A program made the position numbers and the translations under genes. A stretch of DNA of 42,590 nt from Gammaproteobacteria bacterium (GTDB lineage Bacteria > Pseudomonadota > Gammaproteobacteria > GCA-001735895), in assembly GCA_030066335.1 (NCBI GenBank), contig JASJBV010000070.1, positions 1 to 42,590 on the forward strand, given 5' to 3'. Shown here piece after piece: positions 1-8,113 of the stretch. The stretch's first letter is position 1, and each line of letters begins with the position of its first letter. The notes beneath the pieces are model-generated. The model ran no database searches. It was not told the origin of the DNA and saw only the letters and a list, made by a program, of their open reading frames with translations.

Positions 1-749
1 ACCTTGACCTTGGCCCCGAGCGCCGCTTCCCAGGGGGTCACCGGGCACTTCAGGATCAGGTTGCGTCCATCCAGCTGGAACAACTTGTGCGGCAGCACGT
101 TCATCTCCAGCAGCAAGTCACCGGCCCTGCCGCCGCTCGGTGACGGATGACCCTGGCCGGCCAGGCGGATTTTCTGCCCGCTGACCACACCACGCGGTAT
201 ATTGATCTTGAGCTTTTTCAGGCTGGGGGCGGCGATCCCTCCCGCTCTCTGCTCGCGCCGCGACAACTGGATCATCTTATCGCCGCCATTAAATGCTTCT
301 TCCAGGCTAATGTCGAGCTTGAGCAGCTGATCCTCACCCTTGCGCGAACGTTGCTGAAACGGGGATTCCTGCTGGAACACGACATCTTCGAATCCGCCCC
401 CACCGTGGCCGCCAAAACCGGAAAAACCACCCTGGGAAAAAATCGATTCAAAGAAATCACTGAAACTGCCACCGCCGAAGCCACCGCCGGCGGCATTACC
501 ATAAGCACCGGCATTGAATTCATGACCGTGTTTCCAGTTCGCTCCGAACTGGTCATAGGCCTTACGTTTTTCCGCGTCTTTCAACACGTCATAGGCTTCA
601 TTGACCTGCTTGAATTTCTCTTCCGCATCGGCCGCCTGGTTGACATCCGGATGGTACTTGCGGGCAAGCTTCCGAAAAGCTTTCTTGATCGTCGCCGTAT
701 CGGCATTACGATCGACACCCAATATCTTGTAATAATCCTCAAACTTCAT
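1..749 (-). CDS. cbpA: CbpA-type DnaJ-family co-chaperone (curved-DNA-binding protein); C-terminal end cut by the window edge
   Basis: Not in the ORF track because there is no stop in the window. My reverse translation from the ATG at 749-747 gives [37 protein letters not shown]... This is a J domain with HPD, followed by a G/F-rich segment and no CxxCxGxG zinc-finger repeats, so it is class II/CbpA-like rather than DnaJ. The 147..797 + ORF is its antisense shadow. Confidence 0.8.
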   Translation of the reverse strand, partial: MKFEDYYKILGVDRNADTATIKKAFRKLARKYHPDVNQAADAEEKFKQVNEAYDVLKDAEKRKAYDQFGANWKHGHEFNAGAYGNAAGGGFGGGSFSDFFESIFSQGGFSGFGGHGGGGFEDVVFQQESPFQQRSRKGEDQLLKLDISLEEAFNGGDKMIQLSRREQRAGGIAAPSLKKLKINIPRGVVSGQKIRLAGQGHPSPSGGRAGDLLLEMNVLPHKLFQLDGRNLILKCPVTPWEAALGAKVK

Positions 750-806
750 CGTAAAAGTTTTCTGTTAAATCGGTTTAAATCTATACCCTTAGTTTAAAAC
801 TACCAC

Positions 807-845
807 AAAAAAGGCCGCCCTGATAACGCATTCCGAGGGCGGCCT
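807..845 (-). terminator. Rho-independent terminator downstream of the Hsp20 gene
   Basis: A 10-bp stem AGGCCGCCCT (812-821) / AGGGCGGCCT (836-845) with a 14-nt loop. On the minus strand it is followed by six U (A807-A812 on +). It sits ~55 nt past the hsp20 stop. Confidence 0.6.
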
Positions 846-899
846 GTTTGCACTGCCAACATCTGGCAGCGGTTGCATCAGTGGTAATAACTTCGCAGA

Positions 900-1307
900 T
901 TATTCGATAGTTATCTTGCGCTGGGTTTCAACCGGCTGCTTGCGTTGCAGGGTCACAATCAGCTCACCATTGACACTCCTGGCGCTAATGGTTTCCACCT
1001 CGACATCCTCGGGCAGGGTAAACTGGCGCTGGTAACGGCCGATCTTACGCTCGGACCGGGTCAGGGTTTCACCCTCTGCCAGTTCGCGTGCTGAACGTTC
1101 TGCACTGATCGTCAGCACATGCTTTTCTTCGGTCACATCGATGCTTTGCGGATCGATACCCGGCAGATCCAGAACCAACTGGTACTGTGCTTCGGTTTCG
1201 ATAATATCCACCGCAGGACGCCATTGCGCGGTTTCGGCCTCGCGGCGGCGGACTCTGGCCCGCGGCGCTAAAGCCCTGAACGGATCATAATAAAATGTCT
1301 GTAACAT
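900..1307 (-). CDS. Small heat-shock protein, Hsp20/IbpA (alpha-crystallin) family
   Basis: Track ORF 900..1388. The alpha-crystallin core is PAVDIIETEAQYQLVLDLPGIDPQSIDVTEEKHVLTISAER...GELIVTL. I prefer the internal ATG at 1307 (MLQTFYYDPF), which is preceded by GGAGAAAATC. The longer TTG start at 1388 would overlap the promoter-like motif. Confidence 0.85.
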   Translation of the reverse strand: MLQTFYYDPFRALAPRARVRRREAETAQWRPAVDIIETEAQYQLVLDLPGIDPQSIDVTEEKHVLTISAERSARELAEGETLTRSERKIGRYQRQFTLPEDVEVETISARSVNGELIVTLQRKQPVETQRKITIE

Positions 1308-1374
1308 GATTTTCTCCTGATAAATAAACTTTAAGTGGCTGTCGCCCCGGGGGACAACATTCATCATGATGAAT

Positions 1375-1402
1375 AGGTAGGGCTGCAACGCAGGTTTTCA
1401 AG
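1375..1402 (-). promoter_or_regulatory. Sigma-32 (heat-shock) type promoter for hsp20
   Basis: On the minus strand: CTTGAAA (1402-1396), a 13-nt spacer, then CCCTACCT (1382-1375). The consensus is CTTGAAA-N13-15-CCCCATNT. The -35 is exact and the -10 matches 5 of the 7 specified positions. Confidence 0.45.
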
Positions 1403-1422
1403 CAGGCAGCTAAACGCTGAGG

Positions 1423-3621
1423 TCAGGAGGCGGTTTTGGCTTCGCTGTGTTCGAACCAGGCATGGATCTGATCCCATTCCAGCGGATAACTGATGTAATA
1501 GCCCTGCACATAATCGCAGTCCATCTGCACCAGTAATTCATGGATTTCGCTGTTCTCCACGCCCTCGGCCACCACTTCCTTGCCCAGGGTATGGGCCAGT
1601 TTGATCGTGGCTTCGACGATTGCGCTGTCGTCGATGTCATGCACCATGTCCTTGACGAAGGAGCGGTCGATCTTGAGTTTTTCCACCGGCAGGTTTTTCA
1701 GGTAGGTCAGCGAGGCCTGGCCGGTGCCAAAGTCATCGATAGTCAGGGAAATACCCATATCGGACAAGCGCTTGAGGATCTCGATCACCCGCTGCGGGTC
1801 CTGCATGATCTGACCCTCGGTAATCTCGACCATCAGTTGATTGGGTTTTACCGAGTAACGGGTCATCGAGTAGGCGATACGATCGGGCAGCTTGTCATCG
1901 TGTAGATCGATCATCGACAGGTTGATCGCGATCTGCATGTCATCCATCGCCAGATGTTGCAGTTCGGCACAGGCGGATTCGATGATCCACTGGGTCAGCG
2001 GTTTGATCAGATCATTTTTCTCGGCCAGCTCAATCGTGCGATCGATCGAGTGCCGGTGCTCGTCTTCATCCTTCCAGCGCAGCAAGGCCTCCAGATAACG
2101 TTTCTGATGCTGCTTGAGGTGGATCACCGGTTGATACACCAGCTTGAATTCGTCGTTGACCAGGGCCTTGCGAATCGACTGGATCACGGTAAACGCAGAG
2201 AAATCACTGTTGTCGCCCTCATCCTGTTCAAACACGACCGGCCACTCGCCCTTTTGCGCTTTGAGCAGGGCATGATCAGCACGCAGCGCCAGTTCATTGG
2301 CATCCTGCCCATGTTCCGGGTAGGTCGCGACGCCCATGCGGATCGCGATCTTGATTTCACGGCCGTAGACATGGTAGGGCTGGATCAATGCCTGGTAGAT
2401 CTTTTCCACCAGCGAGCTGAGTTCATCGTCCTCGCGGAATTCCAACAGCATCGCAAAGTTGTCCTCTTCCAGGCGACTCACACAATCGGATTCGCGGATG
2501 CCGTCGGACAGACGCTTGGCCAGTTGCTTGAGCAGACCGTCGCCGATGAATTGGCCGAGGCGCTGATTGACCCCGTGGAACTGGTCGATATCGATAAACA
2601 CCAGGGCATATTTACGTTTCAATTGGCTGTCGTCATCGAGCGCCTGCTGCAGCCGTTCCTCGAACATGGAGCGGTTGTTCAAACCGGTCAGCATGTCATG
2701 CTTGGCCTGGTGGGTCAGGTTGAGGAAATAGGTATTGAGGAGCGACAGGCCCGGCGCCAGGTGGCGTTTTTCAACACTCTGCCCGGGCAGATACATGCGC
2801 ATGACCTTGTGCATCTTGCTCGACAGGCTAATCAACGGGCCGACATAGGCGCGATAAAACAGCCGATAGAACATGAACATTAGCAACAGCAAGCCGGGCA
2901 CCACCCAGATGACCTGGCTCAACCACAACTGGTTGAAATTTTGCACCGGGATCAACAGGCTGAGCTTGCCCCGCAGCTGATCGTTGCTGGTATAACCAAA
3001 ATGGATAAAGCGCGCTTCCCCCTGTTGCAGGCGGATTTCGCGAAACGAGATGATTTCACCGGCCTGGCTGACCTGGACGATTTCCCGGCCACTCTGCTTC
3101 TGGAAATCATCGATGAAACTGAAATACGGCATCAGCATCACCAGATCCGGTAACGGCGCCGCCTGGTTCAGTCGCCCGGCAATCCCGATCAGGTACTGTT
3201 GCTGCAGGGGGCAATCGAATATCGCCGGCTGGGTGGCCTGTGCCACCGCCGCGAGCATGGCCTGGCGGCAGGCGTTGAAATCACTGCCGGACTGGGTGAG
3301 ACCGATCCGACTGTTGGTCAGACGCAGCGAACGTAATTGAGGATAGCGCTGGATGAATTGATTGAGAAAGGCGTGCCGGCGGTCTTTATCGGTGGCATCC
3401 GCAATCCCATACCTGACCTCCTGCCAGCGATTTTGCAGCCAGTCCCGCTGCTGCAGCTGCAGCTGATTGAGCTGCTGCCGAGCATTTTCGCGCTGGGTCG
3501 CGACGGTTTCCTCGTTTTGTTGCTGGTTAAGCCAGTACAGCGAGACCGACCATAATGACAGCGCCAACAGGCCCATCATAATAAACACGACCAGGTTGAA
3601 TGTCTGTATCCTTATTCTCAT
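1423..3621 (-). CDS. Membrane-anchored sensor with a degenerate GGDEF domain and an intact EAL domain (probable c-di-GMP phosphodiesterase)
   Basis: 732-aa ORF with an N-terminal TM (VVFIMMGLLALSLW) and a second TM (VIWVVPGLLLLMFMFY). The GGDEF fold (LTGLNNRSMFEERL...FIDIDQF) has EEDNF where GG(D/E)EF is expected. The EAL domain shows QPVI...YLEALLRW and DDFGTG. Confidence 0.85.
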   Translation of the reverse strand: MRIRIQTFNLVVFIMMGLLALSLWSVSLYWLNQQQNEETVATQRENARQQLNQLQLQQRDWLQNRWQEVRYGIADATDKDRRHAFLNQFIQRYPQLRSLRLTNSRIGLTQSGSDFNACRQAMLAAVAQATQPAIFDCPLQQQYLIGIAGRLNQAAPLPDLVMLMPYFSFIDDFQKQSGREIVQVSQAGEIISFREIRLQQGEARFIHFGYTSNDQLRGKLSLLIPVQNFNQLWLSQVIWVVPGLLLLMFMFYRLFYRAYVGPLISLSSKMHKVMRMYLPGQSVEKRHLAPGLSLLNTYFLNLTHQAKHDMLTGLNNRSMFEERLQQALDDDSQLKRKYALVFIDIDQFHGVNQRLGQFIGDGLLKQLAKRLSDGIRESDCVSRLEEDNFAMLLEFREDDELSSLVEKIYQALIQPYHVYGREIKIAIRMGVATYPEHGQDANELALRADHALLKAQKGEWPVVFEQDEGDNSDFSAFTVIQSIRKALVNDEFKLVYQPVIHLKQHQKRYLEALLRWKDEDEHRHSIDRTIELAEKNDLIKPLTQWIIESACAELQHLAMDDMQIAINLSMIDLHDDKLPDRIAYSMTRYSVKPNQLMVEITEGQIMQDPQRVIEILKRLSDMGISLTIDDFGTGQASLTYLKNLPVEKLKIDRSFVKDMVHDIDDSAIVEATIKLAHTLGKEVVAEGVENSEIHELLVQMDCDYVQGYYISYPLEWDQIHAWFEHSEAKTAS

Positions 3622-3667
3622 TATGGTTATGTAGAGTACCGTGGCTTCATGCCTGTCTACAGTGTTT

Positions 3668-4546
3668 TTATTCTATATTTTGAACCTGTTCACGCATTTG
3701 TTCGATTAAAACCTTGATATCCACCGCAAAACGCGTGGTTTCGCTGTCCTGCGACTTGGAAGACAGGGTATTGGCTTCCCGGTTCAGCTCCTGCATCAGG
3801 AAGTCCAGGCGACGTCCTACCGCCTCATCACGCTGCAGCACGCTTTCCACTTCTTCGATATGGGCCAGCAGGCGATCCAGCTCCTCTTCGACGTCGATTT
3901 TTTGCGCCAGGATCACCAGTTCCTGCTCCAGGCGTCCGGCATCGGCGGTCTCCGACCACTGGGCCAGCTTGTCATTCAACTGGCTGGTCCACTTCTGGCG
4001 TATCGCTTCCAGCATCTGTGGTCGGCGTTGCTGCACCTGCTTGACGATATCCGTGATCTGCTGGCAGCGGCTTGCAATCATGTCCTGCAGGGCCTGACCC
4101 TCGCGTTCCCGATTGGCCACCAGTTGTTGCAGCGCTTCATCGAAACTGCTGACGGCCAGCTCATGCAGGGGGGAAAAATCGCGTGATGACTCATCGACCA
4201 CGCCCGGCCAGCGCAGGATATCCGCCACCGACAGGCTGTGCCCCTCGTGCACGATTTTCAACACATCCTGTTCCACCTGGCGCAACTGCTTGACCAGTTC
4301 CTCGTTGAGATTGATGTTGGTGACATCCTGGGCGGATAAGCGATAACGCAGGCTGATATCCAGTTTGCCACGCTTCAGGGCCTGCCCCAGCTTCTGCCGG
4401 ATGGCCGGTTCGATCTGTTTGAAGTCATCCGGTAGCTTGAAGCCCGGTTCCAGGTATCGGTGATTGACCGATTTCAATTCCCACACGATTTCCCCGCTGT
4501 CGTTGCTTTGCTGCACGCGGGAAAATGCCGTCATACTTTTTATCAT
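3668..4546 (-). CDS. yicC: YicC family stress-induced protein (endoribonuclease YicC)
   Basis: 292 aa. MIKSMTAFSRV...WELKSVNHRYLE...C-terminal LNREANTLSSKS is colinear with E. coli YicC. Divergent from rph, as in many gammaproteobacteria. Confidence 0.85.
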   Translation of the reverse strand: MIKSMTAFSRVQQSNDSGEIVWELKSVNHRYLEPGFKLPDDFKQIEPAIRQKLGQALKRGKLDISLRYRLSAQDVTNINLNEELVKQLRQVEQDVLKIVHEGHSLSVADILRWPGVVDESSRDFSPLHELAVSSFDEALQQLVANREREGQALQDMIASRCQQITDIVKQVQQRRPQMLEAIRQKWTSQLNDKLAQWSETADAGRLEQELVILAQKIDVEEELDRLLAHIEEVESVLQRDEAVGRRLDFLMQELNREANTLSSKSQDSETTRFAVDIKVLIEQMREQVQNIE

Positions 4547-4625
4547 GCTCTACCCCTGAGTGAACAGGCGCATTCTACTGGATAAACGGTGTCAGCACAT
4601 CTGCAATTCTGCGAAAAATCCGGTT

Positions 4626-4654
4626 CTGAAACATTATGCGCAAGGCGGTATAAT
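4626..4654 (+). promoter_or_regulatory. Candidate sigma-70 promoter for rph
   Basis: CTGAAA (4626-4631), a 17-nt spacer, then a perfect TATAAT (4649-4654), ~27 nt upstream of the rph ATG. Confidence 0.35.
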
Positions 4655-4680
4655 CACGCCCATTTTTACGGAGCGAGATT

Positions 4681-5400
4681 ATGCGACCCAGCGGCAGGCT
4701 GCCAGACCAACTCAGAGAGATTAAAATCACCCGCAACTATACCAAGCACGCGGAGGGCGCGGTGTTGATCGAATGCGGCGATACCAAGGTGTTATGCACC
4801 GCCAGCGTCGAGGACCGGGTACCGGGATTTCTCAAGGGCCAGGGCAGCGGCTGGGTAACCGCCGAATACGGCATGCTGCCGCGTTCCACCTCCAGCCGCA
4901 TGCGCCGCGAGGCCAGCAGCGGCAAGCAGGGTGGCCGTACCCTGGAGATCCAGCGCCTGATCGGGCGTTCGTTACGCGCCAGCATCGACCTGGAAAAACT
5001 CGGCGAACGCACCATTACCCTCGACTGTGACGTGCTACAGGCCGATGGCGGTACCCGCACCGCATCGATCTCCGGCGCCTTTGTCGCGTTGAGCGATGCG
5101 ATCGAGTCATTGCTCGAACAACAACTGCTGGAAGAAAATCCGATCGAGTGCCAGGTCGGCGCAATCTCGGTCGGTATGTATCAAGACACCCCGGTGCTCG
5201 ACCTCGATTACGCCGAGGACTGCAGCGCGGAAACCGACATGAACGTGGTCATGGACAGCCGCGGCGGATTCATTGAAATCCAGGGCACTGCCGAGGGCAC
5301 GCCGTTCACCCACGAGCATCTGCACCAGATGCTGGACCTGGCCAAAGAAGGCATCAACCACATCTTCGTGGTCCAGCAAGCGAGCGCGGGGGCGGCCTGA
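4681..5400 (+). CDS. rph: Ribonuclease PH
   Basis: 239 aa. MRPSGR...[33 protein letters not shown]...[16 protein letters not shown]...[16 protein letters not shown] is full-length RNase PH. Confidence 0.95.
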   Translation: MRPSGRLPDQLREIKITRNYTKHAEGAVLIECGDTKVLCTASVEDRVPGFLKGQGSGWVTAEYGMLPRSTSSRMRREASSGKQGGRTLEIQRLIGRSLRASIDLEKLGERTITLDCDVLQADGGTRTASISGAFVALSDAIESLLEQQLLEENPIECQVGAISVGMYQDTPVLDLDYAEDCSAETDMNVVMDSRGGFIEIQGTAEGTPFTHEHLHQMLDLAKEGINHIFVVQQASAGAA

Positions 5401-5402
5401 GC

Positions 5403-5999
5403 ATGCATAAGCTGGTATTGGCAACCGGTAACCAGGGCAAGCTGCGTGAAATCAAGGCACTGCTGGAGCCGCTTGACTACGAGGTCCACACCCAGGCCGA
5501 ATTCAACGTGCCGGATGTCGCCGAGACCGGTACCACCTTTGTCGAGAATGCGATCATCAAGGCGCGCAATGCCGCCGCCCATACCGGCCTGCCGGCGCTG
5601 GCCGATGACTCCGGGATCGAGGTCGACGCGCTGGATGGGGCGCCAGGGGTTTATTCGGCGCGTTTCTCCGGCCCCGATGCGAGCGATGCACAGAACAATG
5701 CGTTACTGGTAGAAAAACTTGCTGCGGTAGCGGAGGCGGAACGCGGCGCGCGTTACCGTGCCGTCATCGTTTACCTGGCCCACGCCGCTGATCCATCACC
5801 GATCATCTGCGAGGGCAGCTGGGAAGGCCGGATCGTCCTCGAGCCTCGTGGTGAGGGTGGTTTCGGCTATGATCCTTACTTTTACCTGCCCGATCACGGC
5901 TGTACCAGCGCCGAACTCAGCGCGGAACAGAAAAACGCCATCAGCCATCGCGGCCAGGCGCTGCAGCTGCTGGTGGCAAAACTGCGTCAGCTGGATTGA
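5403..5999 (+). CDS. rdgB: dITP/XTP pyrophosphatase (RdgB/HAM1 family)
   Basis: 198 aa. LATGNQGKLREI...ETGTTFVENAIIKAR...ADDSGIEVDAL.GAPGVYSAR...GFGYDP.F...SAE...KN.ISHRG. Conserved rph-rdgB-hemW order. Confidence 0.9.
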   Translation: MHKLVLATGNQGKLREIKALLEPLDYEVHTQAEFNVPDVAETGTTFVENAIIKARNAAAHTGLPALADDSGIEVDALDGAPGVYSARFSGPDASDAQNNALLVEKLAAVAEAERGARYRAVIVYLAHAADPSPIICEGSWEGRIVLEPRGEGGFGYDPYFYLPDHGCTSAELSAEQKNAISHRGQALQLLVAKLRQLD

Positions 6000-6016
6000 G
6001 CATTGGAGGCGGATCG

Positions 6017-7222
6017 GTGTCATTCTTAAGCAATCCACCGCTCAGCCTGTACCTGCATCTGCCCTGGTGCGAACGTAAATGCCCCTATTGCGATTTCAAT
6101 TCACACCAGGCCGATGGCATCGATGAAGACGCCTACGTCAAGGCGTTGATCGAGGATCTGATGCAGGACCTTCCGCTGGTCTGGGGACGCCAGGTGTCCA
6201 GTATCTTCATCGGCGGCGGTACTCCATCGTTGTTTTCCAGCGCGGCGATCAACCAGTTGATGTCAGAACTGCGCGCCTGCCTAAATTTCAACCCGGCGAT
6301 CGAGGTCACGATGGAATGCAATCCCGGCAGTGCCGACGAGTCGCGCTTTGCCGGTTACCGCGAGGCCGGAATCAACCGGCTGTCGATCGGGGTGCAGAGT
6401 TTCGCCGACGACAAGCTACAGGCGCTGGGTCGCATCCATGACCGTCAGCAGGCAATCAGCGCATATCAGCAGGCCCGCCGCGCGGGCTTCGATACGATCA
6501 ACCTGGACCTGATGTATGGCCTGCCCGGGCAAACCCTGCAACAGGCCCTCGACGACATGGCGTTCGCGATCGAGTTGCAGCCCGAACATATCTCGCATTA
6601 CCAGCTGACCATCGAGCCCAATACCCTGTTCCATGCCCGACCCCCGGCCAATCTGCCGAACCACGACCTGGCCTGGGACATGCAGGAGGCCTGCATCGAC
6701 ATGCTCGAGCAGGATGGCCTGCATCACTACGAGATTTCCGCCTATGCGCGAACCGGGCAACAATGCCAGCACAACCTGAATTACTGGCAATTCGGCGATT
6801 ATCTCGGCCTCGGTGCCGGAGCCCATGGCAAGATCACCCTGGGCGGGGAAAACCGGATCCTGCGCCGGGTGCGCAGTCGCCAGCCGAAGGCCTACCTTGA
6901 GCAACATGGCGACGCTCGGATCAGCCAGCAGACCGAGCTGGAAAAACCGGACCGGGTATTCGAATTCATGCTCAATGCCTTACGCCTGGTGCAGGGTTTT
7001 GACCTGGCCCTGTTCAGTGAACGCACCGCTTTGCCGAAAGGCATCCTCGACGAGCCCCTTTTTAGGGCACAGGAACTGGAGTTGATCAGTCTCGAACAGC
7101 AGCGGGTACAGCCCACCGCCAGGGGCCTGCAGTTTCACAATGACCTGCAAGGATTGTTTCTCGATATCGATTGCGAACGGGTGACCCCGGATCAGGCCGA
7201 AATTTTCCGTCATCAACCCTGA
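6017..7222 (+). CDS. hemW: Radical-SAM heme chaperone HemW (HemN-like, oxygen-independent coproporphyrinogen oxidase family)
   Basis: Track ORF 5996..7222 has a TTG start that overlaps the rdgB stop. I prefer the GTG at 6017, which is preceded by GGAGG with a 7-nt spacer and gives VSFLSNPPLSLYLHLPWCERKCPYCDFNSH (CxxxCxxC), colinear with E. coli YggW. Either start is possible. Confidence 0.85.
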   Translation: MSFLSNPPLSLYLHLPWCERKCPYCDFNSHQADGIDEDAYVKALIEDLMQDLPLVWGRQVSSIFIGGGTPSLFSSAAINQLMSELRACLNFNPAIEVTMECNPGSADESRFAGYREAGINRLSIGVQSFADDKLQALGRIHDRQQAISAYQQARRAGFDTINLDLMYGLPGQTLQQALDDMAFAIELQPEHISHYQLTIEPNTLFHARPPANLPNHDLAWDMQEACIDMLEQDGLHHYEISAYARTGQQCQHNLNYWQFGDYLGLGAGAHGKITLGGENRILRRVRSRQPKAYLEQHGDARISQQTELEKPDRVFEFMLNALRLVQGFDLALFSERTALPKGILDEPLFRAQELELISLEQQRVQPTARGLQFHNDLQGLFLDIDCERVTPDQAEIFRHQP

Positions 7223-7432
7223 TTTTGGTTCATTCAGGGCAACTAATCGCCGATTTTATTCACAGCGCTAAAAAATTTCGCAGGGGTTGTCAACCATCTT
7301 CATTGAGAAATTATACCTATCTCAATTGATCTGCTAACTGATTGATTTTCATAGGTTAATACGAAGTGGTTAAAAACTGACTAATTTAACAAAAACCTTG
7401 ATAGTCAAGGATTCGACGCTTTCGTCTACGAT

Positions 7433-7467
7433 TTATACACAGAGTTATCCACAGGTTTTGTGGATAA
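7433..7467. promoter_or_regulatory. Cluster of three DnaA boxes, with a fourth at 7256-7264
   Basis: TTATACACA (7433-7441, 1 mismatch), TTATCCACA (7445-7453, perfect) and TGTGGATAA (7459-7467, perfect, inverted), with gaps of 3 and 5 bp. TTATTCACA at 7256-7264 has 1 mismatch. The consensus is TTATCCACA. Confidence 0.5.
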
Positions 7468-7725
7468 GGGATTTATCTCCTGACATGACAGCAATTTTGC
7501 TGGTTTTTATGAGGTTTTACTTTAACTATGCCCGCTAACATTTTTCGACGAACGGTAGTTGTCGGGAAAACCATTTGAGCCTGATTCGCCAACTGGCGGG
7601 CACTTAAATCGGTCGTCATTTTTCAGCCAATGTTACCTTCGGGGGCAGGTAAAATTAATGCTTGCACTTTGCCGCAAAATTAGCGAGAATTCGCGCCCTT
7701 TTAACGCAAGTGCTTAAGTAGAGTC

Positions 7726-7968
7726 ATGAAACAAGGTATTCACCCAAAATACAGAGACGTTGTGTTCCAGGACACCTCTTCTGATTTCGCGATCCTGACC
7801 CGCTCCACGATCGAAACCAAGGAAACGATTAAGTGGGAAGATGGCAATGAGTATCCTCTGGTCAAGCTGGAAGTTTCCAGCGCCTCGCACCCGTTCTACA
7901 CCGGGAAACAGCACGTGCTGCAATCTGCGCGTCAGGTCGACAAGTTCCGCGAACGTTACGGCAAGTAA
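7726..7968 (+). CDS. rpmE: 50S ribosomal protein L31, type B (no Cys, zinc-independent form)
   Basis: 80 aa. [21 protein letters not shown]...[12 protein letters not shown]. There is no cysteine at all, so the CxxC zinc ribbon of type A L31 is absent. Confidence 0.9.
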   Translation: MKQGIHPKYRDVVFQDTSSDFAILTRSTIETKETIKWEDGNEYPLVKLEVSSASHPFYTGKQHVLQSARQVDKFRERYGK

Positions 7969-7990
7969 CGACGCCCCGATTTCGGTGAAA

Positions 7991-8014
7991 GGGCACCTTG
8001 GGTGCCCTTTTTTT
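7991..8014 (+). terminator. Rho-independent terminator of rpmE
   Basis: GGGCACC (7991-7997), loop TTG, GGTGCCC (8001-8007), then seven T (8008-8014). It starts 23 nt after the stop. Confidence 0.75.
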
Positions 8015-8113
8015 ATGTACTGAGCACAATCAATTGTCTGAATCCTCACATTACCCTATGATGTAAAACTTGGTTAAACCTGCCGGGTTTAACAACGATT
8101 GCCACCACAAACT

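Noticed and set aside
147-797. 216-aa + strand ORF at the left edge
   Set aside because: It is the antisense shadow of a clear J-domain/CbpA coding frame on the minus strand (1..749). Its own translation is low-complexity and has no start context.
1954-2883. Long ORFs antisense to confidently assigned genes: 1954..2883, 8207..8950, 14915..15679, 30903..31652, 31936..32703, 35604..36350, 39995..40594 and many shorter ones
   Set aside because: Each lies opposite a gene with strong family signatures. Stop-poor antisense frames are expected in GC-rich coding DNA. The translations are Arg/Leu/Gly/Gln-rich with no motifs.
7409-7418. GGATTCGACG, a motif reminiscent of the 5' part of tmRNA
   Set aside because: There is no GGGG acceptor start upstream, no T-arm (GGTTCGAATCC-like) or CCA-proximal acceptor complement downstream, and no tag reading frame. 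It is a chance 10-mer.
7485-7538. 17-codon hydrophobic mini-ORF (MTAILLVFMRFYFNYAR) in the hemW-rpmE gap, and a 10-codon SD-preceded mini-ORF at about 21811-21843
   Set aside because: Too short to evaluate without conservation or ribosome profiling, and the first has no convincing SD. Noted only.
7223-7725. Calling this intergenic region the chromosomal origin (oriC)
   Set aside because: It has only 3-4 DnaA boxes, a single GATC, no convincing tandem AT-rich 13-mers, and no dnaA, gidA or mioC type neighbours. The evidence supports a DnaA-binding locus but not specifically an origin.
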